IMG/VR virus record: IMGVR_UViG_3300027857_000022
Span: 1 to 55,055 of that record
Source: a virus
Lineage: Duplodnaviria > Caudoviricetes
Length of the DNA stretch: 55,055 nt
Reading direction: 5' to 3' (one strand)
The translations under genes and the position numbers were made by a program. This document shows positions 1 to 9,081 of this stretch, piece after piece. Under the pieces are notes generated by a model. The model had not been told where the DNA came from. It did no database searches and saw only the letters and a program-made list of their open reading frames with translations. Numbering within the stretch: position 1 is the first letter of the stretch; each line of letters starts with the position of its first letter.

Positions 1-3
1 CGC

Positions 4-243
4 TCACAGGTCAGGGGGATCCACTCGAGCATTGGCTCGCTCCTTTCCCGCTGTTAGGCAGTCGACCCATCTGTCTAAAATCTGCTGCTGCCGACTCCCA
101 TTATACGATGGCTGCGGGCATTCCCGGTGCCAGGCCTTCTTGAATACCGGATCGTAGAAGATTCCACTACCGACTTCGATCCGATAGCCACACCTGGGAC
201 ACGTGCCTGCGAATTTCGCGTACATGAGATACGCACCTGGCAT
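4..243 (-). CDS. Small Zn-ribbon hypothetical protein
   Basis: AKFAGTCPRCG...WHREC motif; RBS AGAAAGGA before ATG at 243. Confidence 0.7.
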   Translation of the reverse strand: MPGAYLMYAKFAGTCPRCGYRIEVGSGIFYDPVFKKAWHRECPQPSYNGSRQQQILDRWVDCLTAGKERANARVDPPDL

Positions 244-370
244 CAAACGATCCTTTCTATTGTTGAGCTTTACACTCAAGTATTGCTCACTGAGAGCCAC
301 TATTTTTGCGAAATATGGACGAGACATCCCAATCTATCAATTTGTTGAGTCATAGCCCTTCTCGTCCATT

Positions 371-808
371 TTAGCGCGATTCTGAGGCATCCTTACGCAG
401 CTGCGTCCTGTGGAACAAACTGACGGCCACCTCGCATCGCGGTCTCTCTCGATCCACGAGCTTGCGTGTGTATTTCTCCACGATCAGATTATCATTCAAT
501 CCGATGCAATCGAATATCGCATCTATCACCGCTTTCTCACCTCCATCGATATCGCGACGCCAGAGCGTTGGAAAGTAGAAATCAATCGTGATTGAGAGTG
601 GTATTTTGCCTTTGGCTTTCTGGATATGATAGATCGTCATCCAGTCGAAGTTGCCCTTTTGCATATAAAGCTTGGCATGTGCCTCTTGCTTGAATGATCT
701 CAGTTCATCTGACCCGTAGAACCTGCCCCTACCAGATTTATAGCTGGCATTGATCCCTGGTGGCAAGGGCAGTGTCACACGGAGTACCTCACCAATCATT
801 GTCTGCAT
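371..808 (-). CDS. rusA: RusA-family Holliday junction resolvase
   Basis: LPLPPGIN, RRDIDGGEKAVIDAI, GLNDNLI motifs; located after the helicase. Confidence 0.85.
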   Translation of the reverse strand: MQTMIGEVLRVTLPLPPGINASYKSGRGRFYGSDELRSFKQEAHAKLYMQKGNFDWMTIYHIQKAKGKIPLSITIDFYFPTLWRRDIDGGEKAVIDAIFDCIGLNDNLIVEKYTRKLVDRERPRCEVAVSLFHRTQLRKDASESR

Positions 809-1031
809 CTTCTCTCATCCTTTCCTCGTATTGTACGACACACGGACAGCACCATATCTTGAGTCTTTCATGCCATACAAACTTCTCGACACTTCTCAGG
901 CACGTAATGCGTTCGCAGTAGCCGTGCTTGCCGCAGTAGAGCGTGCCTGACGGGCTCTTGAGCGTGGCATCCTTGCCACACGTGATACACGGTCCCAGTG
1001 ATGGCACGGCAAACAATTGCTCTTGGATCAT
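789..1031 (-). CDS. Cys-rich hypothetical protein
   Basis: Several Cys clusters; coupled to neighbouring genes. Confidence 0.65.
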   Translation of the reverse strand: MIQEQLFAVPSLGPCITCGKDATLKSPSGTLYCGKHGYCERITCLRSVEKFVWHERLKIWCCPCVVQYEERMREDADNDW

Positions 1032-1033
1032 TG

Positions 1034-2392
1034 TTAGTCCTCTCTTCCTTGGGTTAATTTCTGTTCAAGATTGTAAAACGCTGTAAGCTCTGAGTTGAAG
1101 TACAGCTGTACAGGCTCGCTGGTTGTCGGGCCGTTGCGATGCTTAGCAATCGAGATCTCTGCAATATTGCGCCGCTCAGCAGGAAGCTCGTCAAGCTTGC
1201 CAGCCCGAGCTGCATAATATTCCTCTCGATAGACAAACATTACGATATCCGCATCCTCTTCTATGGCACCGCTATCGCGTAAATCTGCCAGTTGTGGATG
1301 CTTGTCAGGTCGGTCCTCTACTTTCCTGGAAAGCTGAGCAAGAGAAAGCACAGGTACGTTAAATTCACGCGCCATGTTCTTGAGGCCCTTGCTGATCTTG
1401 TTGACCTCCTGCACACGATTCTCAGTCGGCTCGTCGGGAGCAACTAAGCCCAGGTAGTCAACAATCACTAAATCCATCTGACCATACTGTCTAGTCAGAC
1501 GGCGCATCTGGCTTCGCATGGAAGAAAGCGGATTGCCTGCGACATCGTTGATGTAGAGCGGTAGACTTGCAAGCCTACCCGCCGTCTCAATCACCTTGTC
1601 CCATTGCTCATCGGAGAGCCATCCCGACTTTAAGAGATGGAGTGGAATACCAGCAGCAATGGACATCATACGATCATTCAGCTGCGGGCGGTTCATTTCA
1701 AGCGTGAAGATAGCAACGCTTGAACCATGCATTGCCGCATTGTAGGCCATTGTAAAGGCCAGAGCACTCTTTCCCATCGAAGGCCGACCTGCCAGGATGA
1801 CCAAGTCCGACTTCTGCCAACCGCTGGTCATCAAATCCAGATCAGTAAAGCCCGATGCAACCCCCGTGAACGTGCCACGATTGGCATGCAGATGCCCCAG
1901 ATGCACAAGGTACTCGGCCATGGAGTCCGCCATGGTCACAAAGTCCCCTGAGACCGAGCCGCGCTCAACTGCTGTCAGCATGCTCGCAGCTTTCTCTAGC
2001 ATCTGGCTATCTTGTTCATAGGCCAGGGCTGCTACTTCACCAGCATAATGGATAAGCCTGCGGGCTGTAGCAGTTCTCCCCACGATGTCGGCATAGTACT
2101 CAACATTGCCACTGGTCGGCACACAGTTGGTGAGTCCCGTAATATAGCTGGCTCCATCAGCCTCACCCAGCTTGCCACGCCGCTCCAAATCATCACAGAG
2201 CGTCATGTAATCCGCAGGAGTCCCCGCTGCACTCAACTGGACGATCGCCTCGTAGATCACGCGGTGTGCATTTCGGTAAAAGTCGGATGCCTGAAGGAGA
2301 TCACTTACCAAGTCGTAGGCCTCTGGATCAATGATGAGGCTGCCTAAAACCCCCATCTCAGCATCGATATTGTGTGGAAGCAATTTCTCCAT
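1034..2392 (-). CDS. dnaB: Replicative DNA helicase
   Basis: LPHNIDAE N-terminus, Walker A GRPSMGKS, VIVDYL, LAQLSR, DLRDSGAIEEDAD, AKHRNGPT. Confidence 0.97.
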   Translation of the reverse strand: MEKLLPHNIDAEMGVLGSLIIDPEAYDLVSDLLQASDFYRNAHRVIYEAIVQLSAAGTPADYMTLCDDLERRGKLGEADGASYITGLTNCVPTSGNVEYYADIVGRTATARRLIHYAGEVAALAYEQDSQMLEKAASMLTAVERGSVSGDFVTMADSMAEYLVHLGHLHANRGTFTGVASGFTDLDLMTSGWQKSDLVILAGRPSMGKSALAFTMAYNAAMHGSSVAIFTLEMNRPQLNDRMMSIAAGIPLHLLKSGWLSDEQWDKVIETAGRLASLPLYINDVAGNPLSSMRSQMRRLTRQYGQMDLVIVDYLGLVAPDEPTENRVQEVNKISKGLKNMAREFNVPVLSLAQLSRKVEDRPDKHPQLADLRDSGAIEEDADIVMFVYREEYYAARAGKLDELPAERRNIAEISIAKHRNGPTTSEPVQLYFNSELTAFYNLEQKLTQGRED

Positions 2393-3513
2393 CAGTTCAC
2401 CCCCTGGCTCATGAACTGTGCCCCAAGTGCTCGCATTTTGGCAAGTGGATCAATAATCGTACTTTGCTTCTTTGGCTCTTTAAGCTTCTCAGCACGCCGT
2501 CGGGCTTGCTGCCACCCATTGAGATATTTTGCATTGGCAAGGTTGCCTGGACTGACCGTTTTGTCCTTAAGGTTAGAGTCGCTGCTAATCTGCTTGTCAG
2601 TAAAGTCGTAGAGGCTCTTGAAGTCCTCAAAGCTATGGACATGCTCAGAGAGCATCCCCCAGTGCTCTTTGTTGGTGAGGTTGACCTTAACGGCAAGGCC
2701 AAGCTCACGCCACCACTGATGCATTTGCTTCTCTTGCTCGTTATAGATGGCTAATGGGTCCAGTTTATCCGTATTCCTGGTCTGTGGTGGCTTGCTCGCT
2801 TGCTTTTCCACAGTGGTGGATAACTCGGAGGAGATTGTGGACAAATGTTCGACACTGGATTCAGAGGTTTCGCCGTTTGAAACGGAAGTACTCGAAGAGC
2901 TAGAAAGAGAGTGAGTGGATGAGGGAGCGAATGAATCCGATTTTTCCGAATCGGGAGCCATTCTTTCTTTCTTTCTAAAGTGTTTTTCTAAAGTGTCTTT
3001 CTCTGATCGAGGGGTAGATTTTGTACCTCCGAGGGGTAGATTGTACCCCTCTGATGGGTAGTTTCTACCGGGGGTAGTTTCTACCGGGGGGTACAATCTA
3101 CCCCCGTCTTCTACCATCTTAAGCGCATATGATTTTTTCGTTCTTGCTTGATCACTGGTGTCAACTTCACAAATGAGATAGCCGTGATCGACCGCTGCTT
3201 TAATGCCATCTTTCACACTGCGATCGCTCTTTAGCCCAGTGCCTTTGTCCATTCTAGTCCCATCAGCTCGTTTTCTCCCATGCATGAATTCATCAACAGA
3301 GATAGTTTTGGGAATACCGTATTCGTGATATCCCCAGGTGTGTCGCAAAACATATTGGACTACTTTCAATTCGGAGAGGTTGTTAATGCCCGCACAAATA
3401 TCAATCCACTCGTTGGGCATGTGGAAAAAGTTTTTAGTTGGGGGAGTAAATCCTTCAAACATCATGGATACACCATCCTTTCGTGTACCCGCGATTTGCA
3501 TAGCCGTTGACAT
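2392..3513 (-). CDS. Replication initiator, lambda O-like architecture (alternative start 3465)
   Basis: N-terminal wHTH-like domain (SELKVVQYVLRHTWGY), internal iterons, Ser-rich linker; directly upstream of dnaB. Confidence 0.85.
   Translation of the reverse strand: MSTAMQIAGTRKDGVSMMFEGFTPPTKNFFHMPNEWIDICAGINNLSELKVVQYVLRHTWGYHEYGIPKTISVDEFMHGRKRADGTRMDKGTGLKSDRSVKDGIKAAVDHGYLICEVDTSDQARTKKSYALKMVEDGGRLYPPVETTPGRNYPSEGYNLPLGGTKSTPRSEKDTLEKHFRKKERMAPDSEKSDSFAPSSTHSLSSSSSTSVSNGETSESSVEHLSTISSELSTTVEKQASKPPQTRNTDKLDPLAIYNEQEKQMHQWWRELGLAVKVNLTNKEHWGMLSEHVHSFEDFKSLYDFTDKQISSDSNLKDKTVSPGNLANAKYLNGWQQARRRAEKLKEPKKQSTIIDPLAKMRALGAQFMSQGVN
2960..3105. repeat. Putative origin 1: five quasi-palindromic GGGTA(G/C)-N3-5-(C/G)TACC iterons (3011-3104) plus purine/AT-rich tract
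   Basis: ggggtagattttgtacctc, ggggtagattgtacccc, gggtagtttctacc x2, ggggtacaatctacccc inside the initiator gene; adjacent tttctaaagtgt x2. Confidence 0.85.
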
Positions 3514-3643
3514 TTCTTGGTCAAGGATGCTATGCTACAAATGTGCAGGGTACACCCAGGGTTGTCTCTTCTAAGTTTTCCAGGCTCGAGAGGCAACCTG
3601 ACTGCCAAATTTTCAATTGTTTGCCACCAAGGGGTGGCTTTAT

Positions 3644-3841
3644 TTATTTCTGGTCTTCTTTTGCTTTGGTATTCTTTACAAGGTAATCCTCTATCGCCTC
3701 CGGTCTTACCCTCCAGCGACCTCCAACCTTGACGGCTTCCAATGTCCCATTGTCGATGAACTTCTGGACTGTACGCCGTTTGATCCTGAGCATACTGGCG
3801 ACCTCGTCCAGTGTAAGCAATGCCTCTGCCATAACGATCAT
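3644..3841 (-). CDS. Excisionase-like (HTH_17) DNA-binding protein
   Basis: LLTLDEVASMLRIKRRTVQKFIDNGTLEAVKVGGRWRV; RBS AAAGGAG. Confidence 0.85.
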   Translation of the reverse strand: MIVMAEALLTLDEVASMLRIKRRTVQKFIDNGTLEAVKVGGRWRVRPEAIEDYLVKNTKAKEDQK

Positions 3842-3873
3842 GTCTTTCTCTCCTTTCCTCATAGTCTGATGTA

Positions 3874-3908
3874 AGTATAGCACAAAGATGTGAAAGCACA
3901 ACATCTTT
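3874..3908 (-). promoter_or_regulatory. Extended -10 promoter (TGcTATACT) with overlapping inverted repeat AAAGATGT-N9-ACATCTTT
   Basis: Directly upstream of the HTH-initiator-dnaB operon. Confidence 0.55.
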
Positions 3909-3936
3909 TCGCGTGATACCCATAAAATTCATAAAC

Positions 3937-4317
3937 TCACTCATATCGTTTACGCTGCCTTTTCTTCTCTTTCTTGAACTTCAACGGTAGCTCTAGTTGT
4001 CCAGCTTGTAGCTTTTTATCGCGTTCTTTGCGATAGTGAGTACTTCTCGCTTTTCTGGCATGCTCAAACACGTCGTGCTCTAGGTGACAGACTTGACAGA
4101 GGATGATAAGCTTAGCTCTAGCATTTTGGGGGTCATGGTTGACGTGAGCAGCAATTGCCATGACTTTGTAGGGACGCCCGTGCTTGCTTATCCTGATTTC
4201 CCCCTGCTTGGCTCCGCATTTCTGGCAAGCATAGCCAGCCCGCTTTTTGTGCCAGCGGGCTCGTCGTGCAAAATTGGGATGATAGTGGCTCTTATCCCAT
4301 CGCTGCCATCCACTCAT
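3937..4317 (-). CDS. HNH-like Zn-binding endonuclease
   Basis: CQKCG ... AHVNHDPQN ... LCQVCHLEHD. Confidence 0.75.
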   Translation of the reverse strand: MSGWQRWDKSHYHPNFARRARWHKKRAGYACQKCGAKQGEIRISKHGRPYKVMAIAAHVNHDPQNARAKLIILCQVCHLEHDVFEHARKARSTHYRKERDKKLQAGQLELPLKFKKEKKRQRKRYE

Positions 4318-5534
4318 CCAACAACCTCCGCATCTACAATGTCAGTGCCGTTGTAGGAGAAGGGAACTGCGTCTACAGAGCTATCTATGAACGGATCGGC
4401 TTGGTTGTTACGCATCTGTCCTAGAGCTGAGAGGGCTCGCTCTAGGATCTCGACACATTGCGCTTGTCTTGCCCAGTCGTCACCTTCTAGGGACTCCTGA
4501 TCAATGAGAGAGGGCATTTCAGAGACGAACTTTGCTATAGCTACATGGAGGTCTGATGTGTCCTTACGCCACTTTTGACGGATACGAGCACGCCCTACAG
4601 AGGCTTGGGTCTCAGCAGACATCAGGCGTGCCTCTTCAGAGAGCCGCTTGTTGGTTTCGGCTATCTTTGCATTGTAGCTACGGATCTCTTCAAGACTCTT
4701 CTCTTTTGCGTCTACCAGCGTCTTGTAGGTTGCAAGTTGAGTCTGAAGCTCTCTCATTTTGTCTTGAGCTTCCTGTGGAATAGTCCCTTTTGTGGTGTCA
4801 AGTTCTGCCTGTAATTCGTCTATCTTGCCTTGCATCTCTGCTATGTTGTTCTTGACCGACTCAGGTAAAACTTCCTTTTCAATCTCCCTGATCTCGATTT
4901 GAGGGGCTGTGATAGCTTCTAGCTTCTTGATCTTTGCGTCAAACTGCTCTTTCAGGGTTTCAAATTCTGTCTGGAAGGATGCTTCTTTCAGGGTAAGTTG
5001 CTGCTGTGCCGCTCTAGCGTCTGCTTTGGCTTTAATTGCATCTGCTTTAGCTTTAGCTTCTGATATCCTTGCCTCTTTCTCTGCTTTCTTAGCCTCTGTA
5101 ATATCTCTGACTGTAGGACGTATGTCACCTGCAATTACTTGATCAACAATCTCATCAGACGCAGAGGTTAATTCTTGAATAACTCTGGGAGAAAAAGTCG
5201 ACACATGTCGACTTTTTTCGTTTCCAAATCTATTGAATGCTTTCATTGCATAAAACGCGCTTGACCTCTCCAATCCAACTTTTTTTAACCATCCTTCAAA
5301 CTTGCCGTGCAATCCTGCATTTGCTTTTATTAGTCTATCTTGTACTAATAAGAGTCTTTCTCCAGACTCCATAATTTCATTAGCAGCTCTTTTCCAGCTA
5401 GCCCGTATTTCATACTCCTTTTCCATGACAAATTCACGATCTTCAGGGTCAAGGACCTCATAGCGAAATTCGTCAACCTCTTGCTCTTGTGGCAGCTCGT
5501 TATCAAATAGGGTCAAGTTCATCTCGTTATTCAT
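4314..5534 (-). CDS. Coiled-coil protein with DUF3102-like N-terminal region
   Basis: IMESGERLLLVQ...HGKFEGWL...SAFYAM pattern, long coiled coil, internal DNA palindrome. Confidence 0.6.
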   Translation of the reverse strand: MNNEMNLTLFDNELPQEQEVDEFRYEVLDPEDREFVMEKEYEIRASWKRAANEIMESGERLLLVQDRLIKANAGLHGKFEGWLKKVGLERSSAFYAMKAFNRFGNEKSRHVSTFSPRVIQELTSASDEIVDQVIAGDIRPTVRDITEAKKAEKEARISEAKAKADAIKAKADARAAQQQLTLKEASFQTEFETLKEQFDAKIKKLEAITAPQIEIREIEKEVLPESVKNNIAEMQGKIDELQAELDTTKGTIPQEAQDKMRELQTQLATYKTLVDAKEKSLEEIRSYNAKIAETNKRLSEEARLMSAETQASVGRARIRQKWRKDTSDLHVAIAKFVSEMPSLIDQESLEGDDWARQAQCVEILERALSALGQMRNNQADPFIDSSVDAVPFSYNGTDIVDAEVVG

Positions 5535-6507
5535 TAGTAGCCTCTCTCAATTTCTTCTGGACTTCTTCTCGTTTGATCAATTCATTGCGTATGAACTGTT
5601 GTGCTTCTCTTGAGGAATCATGGAACATTTCAACAACAGGGGCTTGTAGCTGTTGCACAATGCGAATATCCTTTTTCGCGATATCCGCATATTTACCAGC
5701 AAGATTGGCCACGCCTGTTCTGAACTTCAAGAGCTTTTCCATGAGTGCAAGTTTTCTCTCAGGGTCGAGATCCATGCTCTTAATTTGTACGAGAATATCT
5801 TCAGTGTCTATGGCCTCAAGTTCTGCCATAGCAATTGCTCTTGCTTGGGCTCCGATGCCAAGTTCATTGTGTGCATGATGAGTTGTTCTAATGTTGTTAG
5901 CGGGTGCCTCCCAATGGGCTCGCAGCATCGTAAAAGACGCTCTCGTTTCTGGCAGGAAGGCACGTCGTCCTTGGGGAAAGAAATGATTGACTTGTCCATC
6001 TAGGGTTATCAGCTCACAGACAAGATCGAACCATGCAAGTTGCTCATTGGTTACAAGCGACCACTTTGCAGGCTTGCCGTTCTTATCCGTTTTTGCGCGA
6101 AACCATGCACTGAGTACGTTGGTGATTTCTTCTGTATGAGGATAAAAGCGATAATTATTCAGCTTATCTACAATAAACGGATTAAGCTGCAAAAATCCTC
6201 TATCCTCAAATTGCTTCTTTCTTTCCTTGCCAGGGTCCTGCTTTTCGACAACAGACCACATACCAGCCATGCCACGGGCCGTAATGGGTATCTCTTCCTC
6301 TTCCTCTACTCTATGTCCACCAACGATGACTTTCTTCATATGCTTTACCATGATCGATGCAGGTTGCCTTAGCTTCACAAGTCTTTCTTCAATGGAAGTA
6401 GGAAAGAGTACATCAAGAGCCTTTAACTGTAACTTAAACTCTTTCTCCCTCCAGTCCTCAATAACATCGTTTGCTATGCTGGGAAGGTAGGATGCTAGAT
6501 CTAACAT
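5527..6507 (-). CDS. Hypothetical protein (326 aa)
   Basis: Long ORF with RBS, overlapping the next gene; no family recognised. Confidence 0.8.
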   Translation of the reverse strand: MLDLASYLPSIANDVIEDWREKEFKLQLKALDVLFPTSIEERLVKLRQPASIMVKHMKKVIVGGHRVEEEEEIPITARGMAGMWSVVEKQDPGKERKKQFEDRGFLQLNPFIVDKLNNYRFYPHTEEITNVLSAWFRAKTDKNGKPAKWSLVTNEQLAWFDLVCELITLDGQVNHFFPQGRRAFLPETRASFTMLRAHWEAPANNIRTTHHAHNELGIGAQARAIAMAELEAIDTEDILVQIKSMDLDPERKLALMEKLLKFRTGVANLAGKYADIAKKDIRIVQQLQAPVVEMFHDSSREAQQFIRNELIKREEVQKKLREATNE

Positions 6508-6519
6508 GTTTAAACCTTT

Positions 6520-6726
6520 CTATGCACTTTGTGCACTGATAATACTCCGTCGTAGCGCATCCGATGGCCGACAAACGATGTCGTGATAGTAGAAGTCCAT
6601 CGCGGCGCAGTCGTCGCAAATGACGATTCGTTCGTCGGGAACGTCGGGATTCTCGTAGTGTGCAAGGTCGTCGCGACCTCCGCAATCGATGCACACATTC
6701 GTCTCGTGGTCGAAGATGTAGTTCAT
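6520..6726 (-). CDS. Small Cys-rich hypothetical protein
   Basis: CIDC...CDDC; RBS AAGGAG. Confidence 0.6.
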   Translation of the reverse strand: MNYIFDHETNVCIDCGGRDDLAHYENPDVPDERIVICDDCAAMDFYYHDIVCRPSDALRRSIISAQSA

Positions 6727-6768
6727 AGCCGTTGCTCCTTGCTCAGTCGTACGCAATATGCGTACACC

Positions 6769-6999
6769 TCATAGATCTTCCCATGTATGGATCGTGACAA
6801 CTGCATCTTGTGTCTGATCTAGCCACTTCAAGCCAAAGGACTGACCACAAGCACAAGAAAAGACATGATGTGCACTAATTGTGTAAAATGACCGATAAGG
6901 TTCAAATACGGGCATTCGACATTTCGGGCAGACGAGCCAGATGCTATGCGCGTGGATCGTCCACGACTCAATAGGTGTGCCGTGCTCAAGGTCACTCAT
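6769..6999 (-). CDS. Small Zn-ribbon hypothetical protein
   Basis: CPKC...CACG; ATGA overlap with the upstream gene. Confidence 0.65.
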   Translation of the reverse strand: MSDLEHGTPIESWTIHAHSIWLVCPKCRMPVFEPYRSFYTISAHHVFSCACGQSFGLKWLDQTQDAVVTIHTWEDL

Positions 7000-7322
7000 G
7001 GCTGTTGCTCCCGTAAGAATGCTTCCATCGCGTCGAGATGCTTTCTTGCATTTTCCACGATGGCTTGCACGTTTTCTCTGTGCATCGTGCCATCCATGTC
7101 GACGCTGTCCTTGAGCTGCCATTCAGCATGACCTACCATGGCACGGGCATTGTCGACAATGTGCTGGAAGTGCCAAAGAAGCCCGTGGTGGCTAATGCGT
7201 GTGTGGATGAGCTTTTTCATTTTTCTCTCCTGTCGCAGCTGATGCACGAGTATGAATGCAATGCGCAGTGGTAGTGGCAGTAGCGCAAAAAATATGATAA
7301 GCACGTCAAAAAAGAGATTCAT
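6996..7322 (-). CDS. Hypothetical protein
   Basis: ORF coupled to neighbours; start uncertain (internal RBS before MKKLIH). Confidence 0.6.
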   Translation of the reverse strand: MNLFFDVLIIFFALLPLPLRIAFILVHQLRQERKMKKLIHTRISHHGLLWHFQHIVDNARAMVGHAEWQLKDSVDMDGTMHRENVQAIVENARKHLDAMEAFLREQQP

Positions 7323-7732
7323 GCGCTTACAACCTCAAAGCTGCTCTCCACGAACTCTGCACTGAAGCATTTGAATAGATCCTCAGTGGCGAGCGAGAGC
7401 ATGTCGCCCCAAGGCAAGGCGTCTTCTTTAGCCTCTTGCCAGTACTCATACTCATCACCATGTAGCGCATCAATAGCTGGCTCAAAGAGGTGATGACTGT
7501 TTGTATTAACACGTGGGAGAAATTCATCAACAAATGACTCATGGACTTCAAGTGCATTTGTGCATGCATTCACCATCATGTGCAGGAGCATCTCCTTGTC
7601 AGCTGTGAGAAAGCTCAACAGAAGCGCAAGATCGTACTTGGCCTGATCATTGTGTATTGGCGCATCGTTGCACGTGACATCAAAGTCGAAGCTTATGCGG
7701 ATACGCTGCTTGAGCAACTCTTGTCCTATCAT
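7319..7732 (-). CDS. Hypothetical acidic protein
   Basis: ATGA-coupled ORF. Confidence 0.7.
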   Translation of the reverse strand: MIGQELLKQRIRISFDFDVTCNDAPIHNDQAKYDLALLLSFLTADKEMLLHMMVNACTNALEVHESFVDEFLPRVNTNSHHLFEPAIDALHGDEYEYWQEAKEDALPWGDMLSLATEDLFKCFSAEFVESSFEVVSA

Positions 7733-7950
7733 GCAGATATTTCCTTCCTGCCATAGCCGTGCTCAATTGCATACTTGATGAGCAGCTCTTTCTTGTGCTG
7801 CCCTGTCTTGCGCATAAGCTTATAGGTATAGTCGTATACAGTGGAAATGCTAATGCGAAGTTTGCTGCCTATATCTTTGTAGGTGTGAAGTTCTGCAAGT
7901 AGACAGAGAACTTGCTGTTCTCTTGGTGTAATGGGACTTTTACGTCTCAT
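7729..7950 (-). CDS. Stand-alone LuxR/GerE-type HTH regulator
   Basis: ITPREQQVLCLLA...YKDIGSKLRISISTV...LMRKTG...LIKYAIEHG. Confidence 0.9.
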   Translation of the reverse strand: MRRKSPITPREQQVLCLLAELHTYKDIGSKLRISISTVYDYTYKLMRKTGQHKKELLIKYAIEHGYGRKEISA

Positions 7951-8340
7951 AAGAGGACCCCCTTCTCCCCAAAAATGCGAAGTAATACCAGCAATTATAC
8001 CGTAATGGTGACAATTTTGTCATCACAGGAAAATTACGGTATTTATGGATATCGAGTTAGCTCAGACGTACGGAGAAGCGGAGTTAGGCAGAAGAGGGTG
8101 GATCAGAATCTCGTAAGGTCGTGCGGACATGTTGTGTGGGTACTGCTCTGTTCATGTGATAATCCCCCTAGTTTCTTTGGCTGTGCGGAGTTTCGTGCAA
8201 TAGCCATTTTTCTTAATTATGCATTATTGCAAGAATATTCTTTGGGGGGTAGTTGTAGAGAAATGGTAATGATATGGTTGTAATTTTGAAAAAGGCATGA
8301 AGAAATGCACAGACCTTGTTTGGCCTGCGCAACAGTTGAC

Positions 8341-8550
8341 TTATATCTTTCTGAAAATGTCTTCTGGCTCTATCTCAAAGGCGTTTGCTAGCTTTTCTAG
8401 TGTCTCAGGTTTGGGCCAACGGAGCCCATGCTCTAGTTGTTGAATGTATCGCGGTGAAAGATCTGCCTCAGCAGCCAATCTTTCTTGTGTCCACTCCCTG
8501 TCTTTTCGGAGTTGTACTATTCGTAATCCTAGTGACCTCGGTAATGACAC
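8341..8550 (-). CDS. XRE/Cro-CI family HTH regulator
   Basis: LRKDREWTQERLAAEADLSPRYIQQLEHGLRWPKPETLEKLANAF. Confidence 0.9.
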   Translation of the reverse strand: MSLPRSLGLRIVQLRKDREWTQERLAAEADLSPRYIQQLEHGLRWPKPETLEKLANAFEIEPEDIFRKI

Positions 8551-8658
8551 TGACCATGTCCTACATTATTTTGCAGGGATTGTAGCCTTGTTACAGAGCT
8601 TAGAACACGTGCAGATTGTTCGTGCTATAATAGAGAGATAGATATTTGTGGAAGGAAA

Positions 8659-8886
8659 TTGCACGTGAATCAAAGTGAAATCGCTATTATCTGCACATCG
8701 ATTGAGCGAGAGTACGAAGCGGCGTGGCGGGCACTCTACGAGTATACCGAGGTAGCAGCTCATCAGGTCATCAATGCGAAGTACGAGCGGATGGGGGAAC
8801 TGATGGAGAATCTCAGCTGTCATGTGGGGAAGGAAGAGGCTGCGAAGATCCTGCTGCGGACAATGGAAAAGGCCCCAGAGCATTGA
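8659..8886 (+). CDS. Hypothetical protein divergent from the XRE gene
   Basis: 75-aa ORF with RBS GGAAGGA (probable GTG start at 8665). Confidence 0.65.
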   Translation: MHVNQSEIAIICTSIEREYEAAWRALYEYTEVAAHQVINAKYERMGELMENLSCHVGKEEAAKILLRTMEKAPEH

Positions 8887-9081
8887 AACCCTGGGGCCTG
8901 GCGATTATCTATTATCGCTTGTACCACGTTGTCATAACTCTCACGATGATATGTTCTTTCCTGCATGATCTGCACTGAAATTTCATCGTAGCGCGTACAA
9001 CGCCTTCAAAATCGAGGTGGAAGTAATGGAGGAAGCATGCAGCTTTGAGCTGACGGAGCTGCTTCCTAGTGACCACGAATC

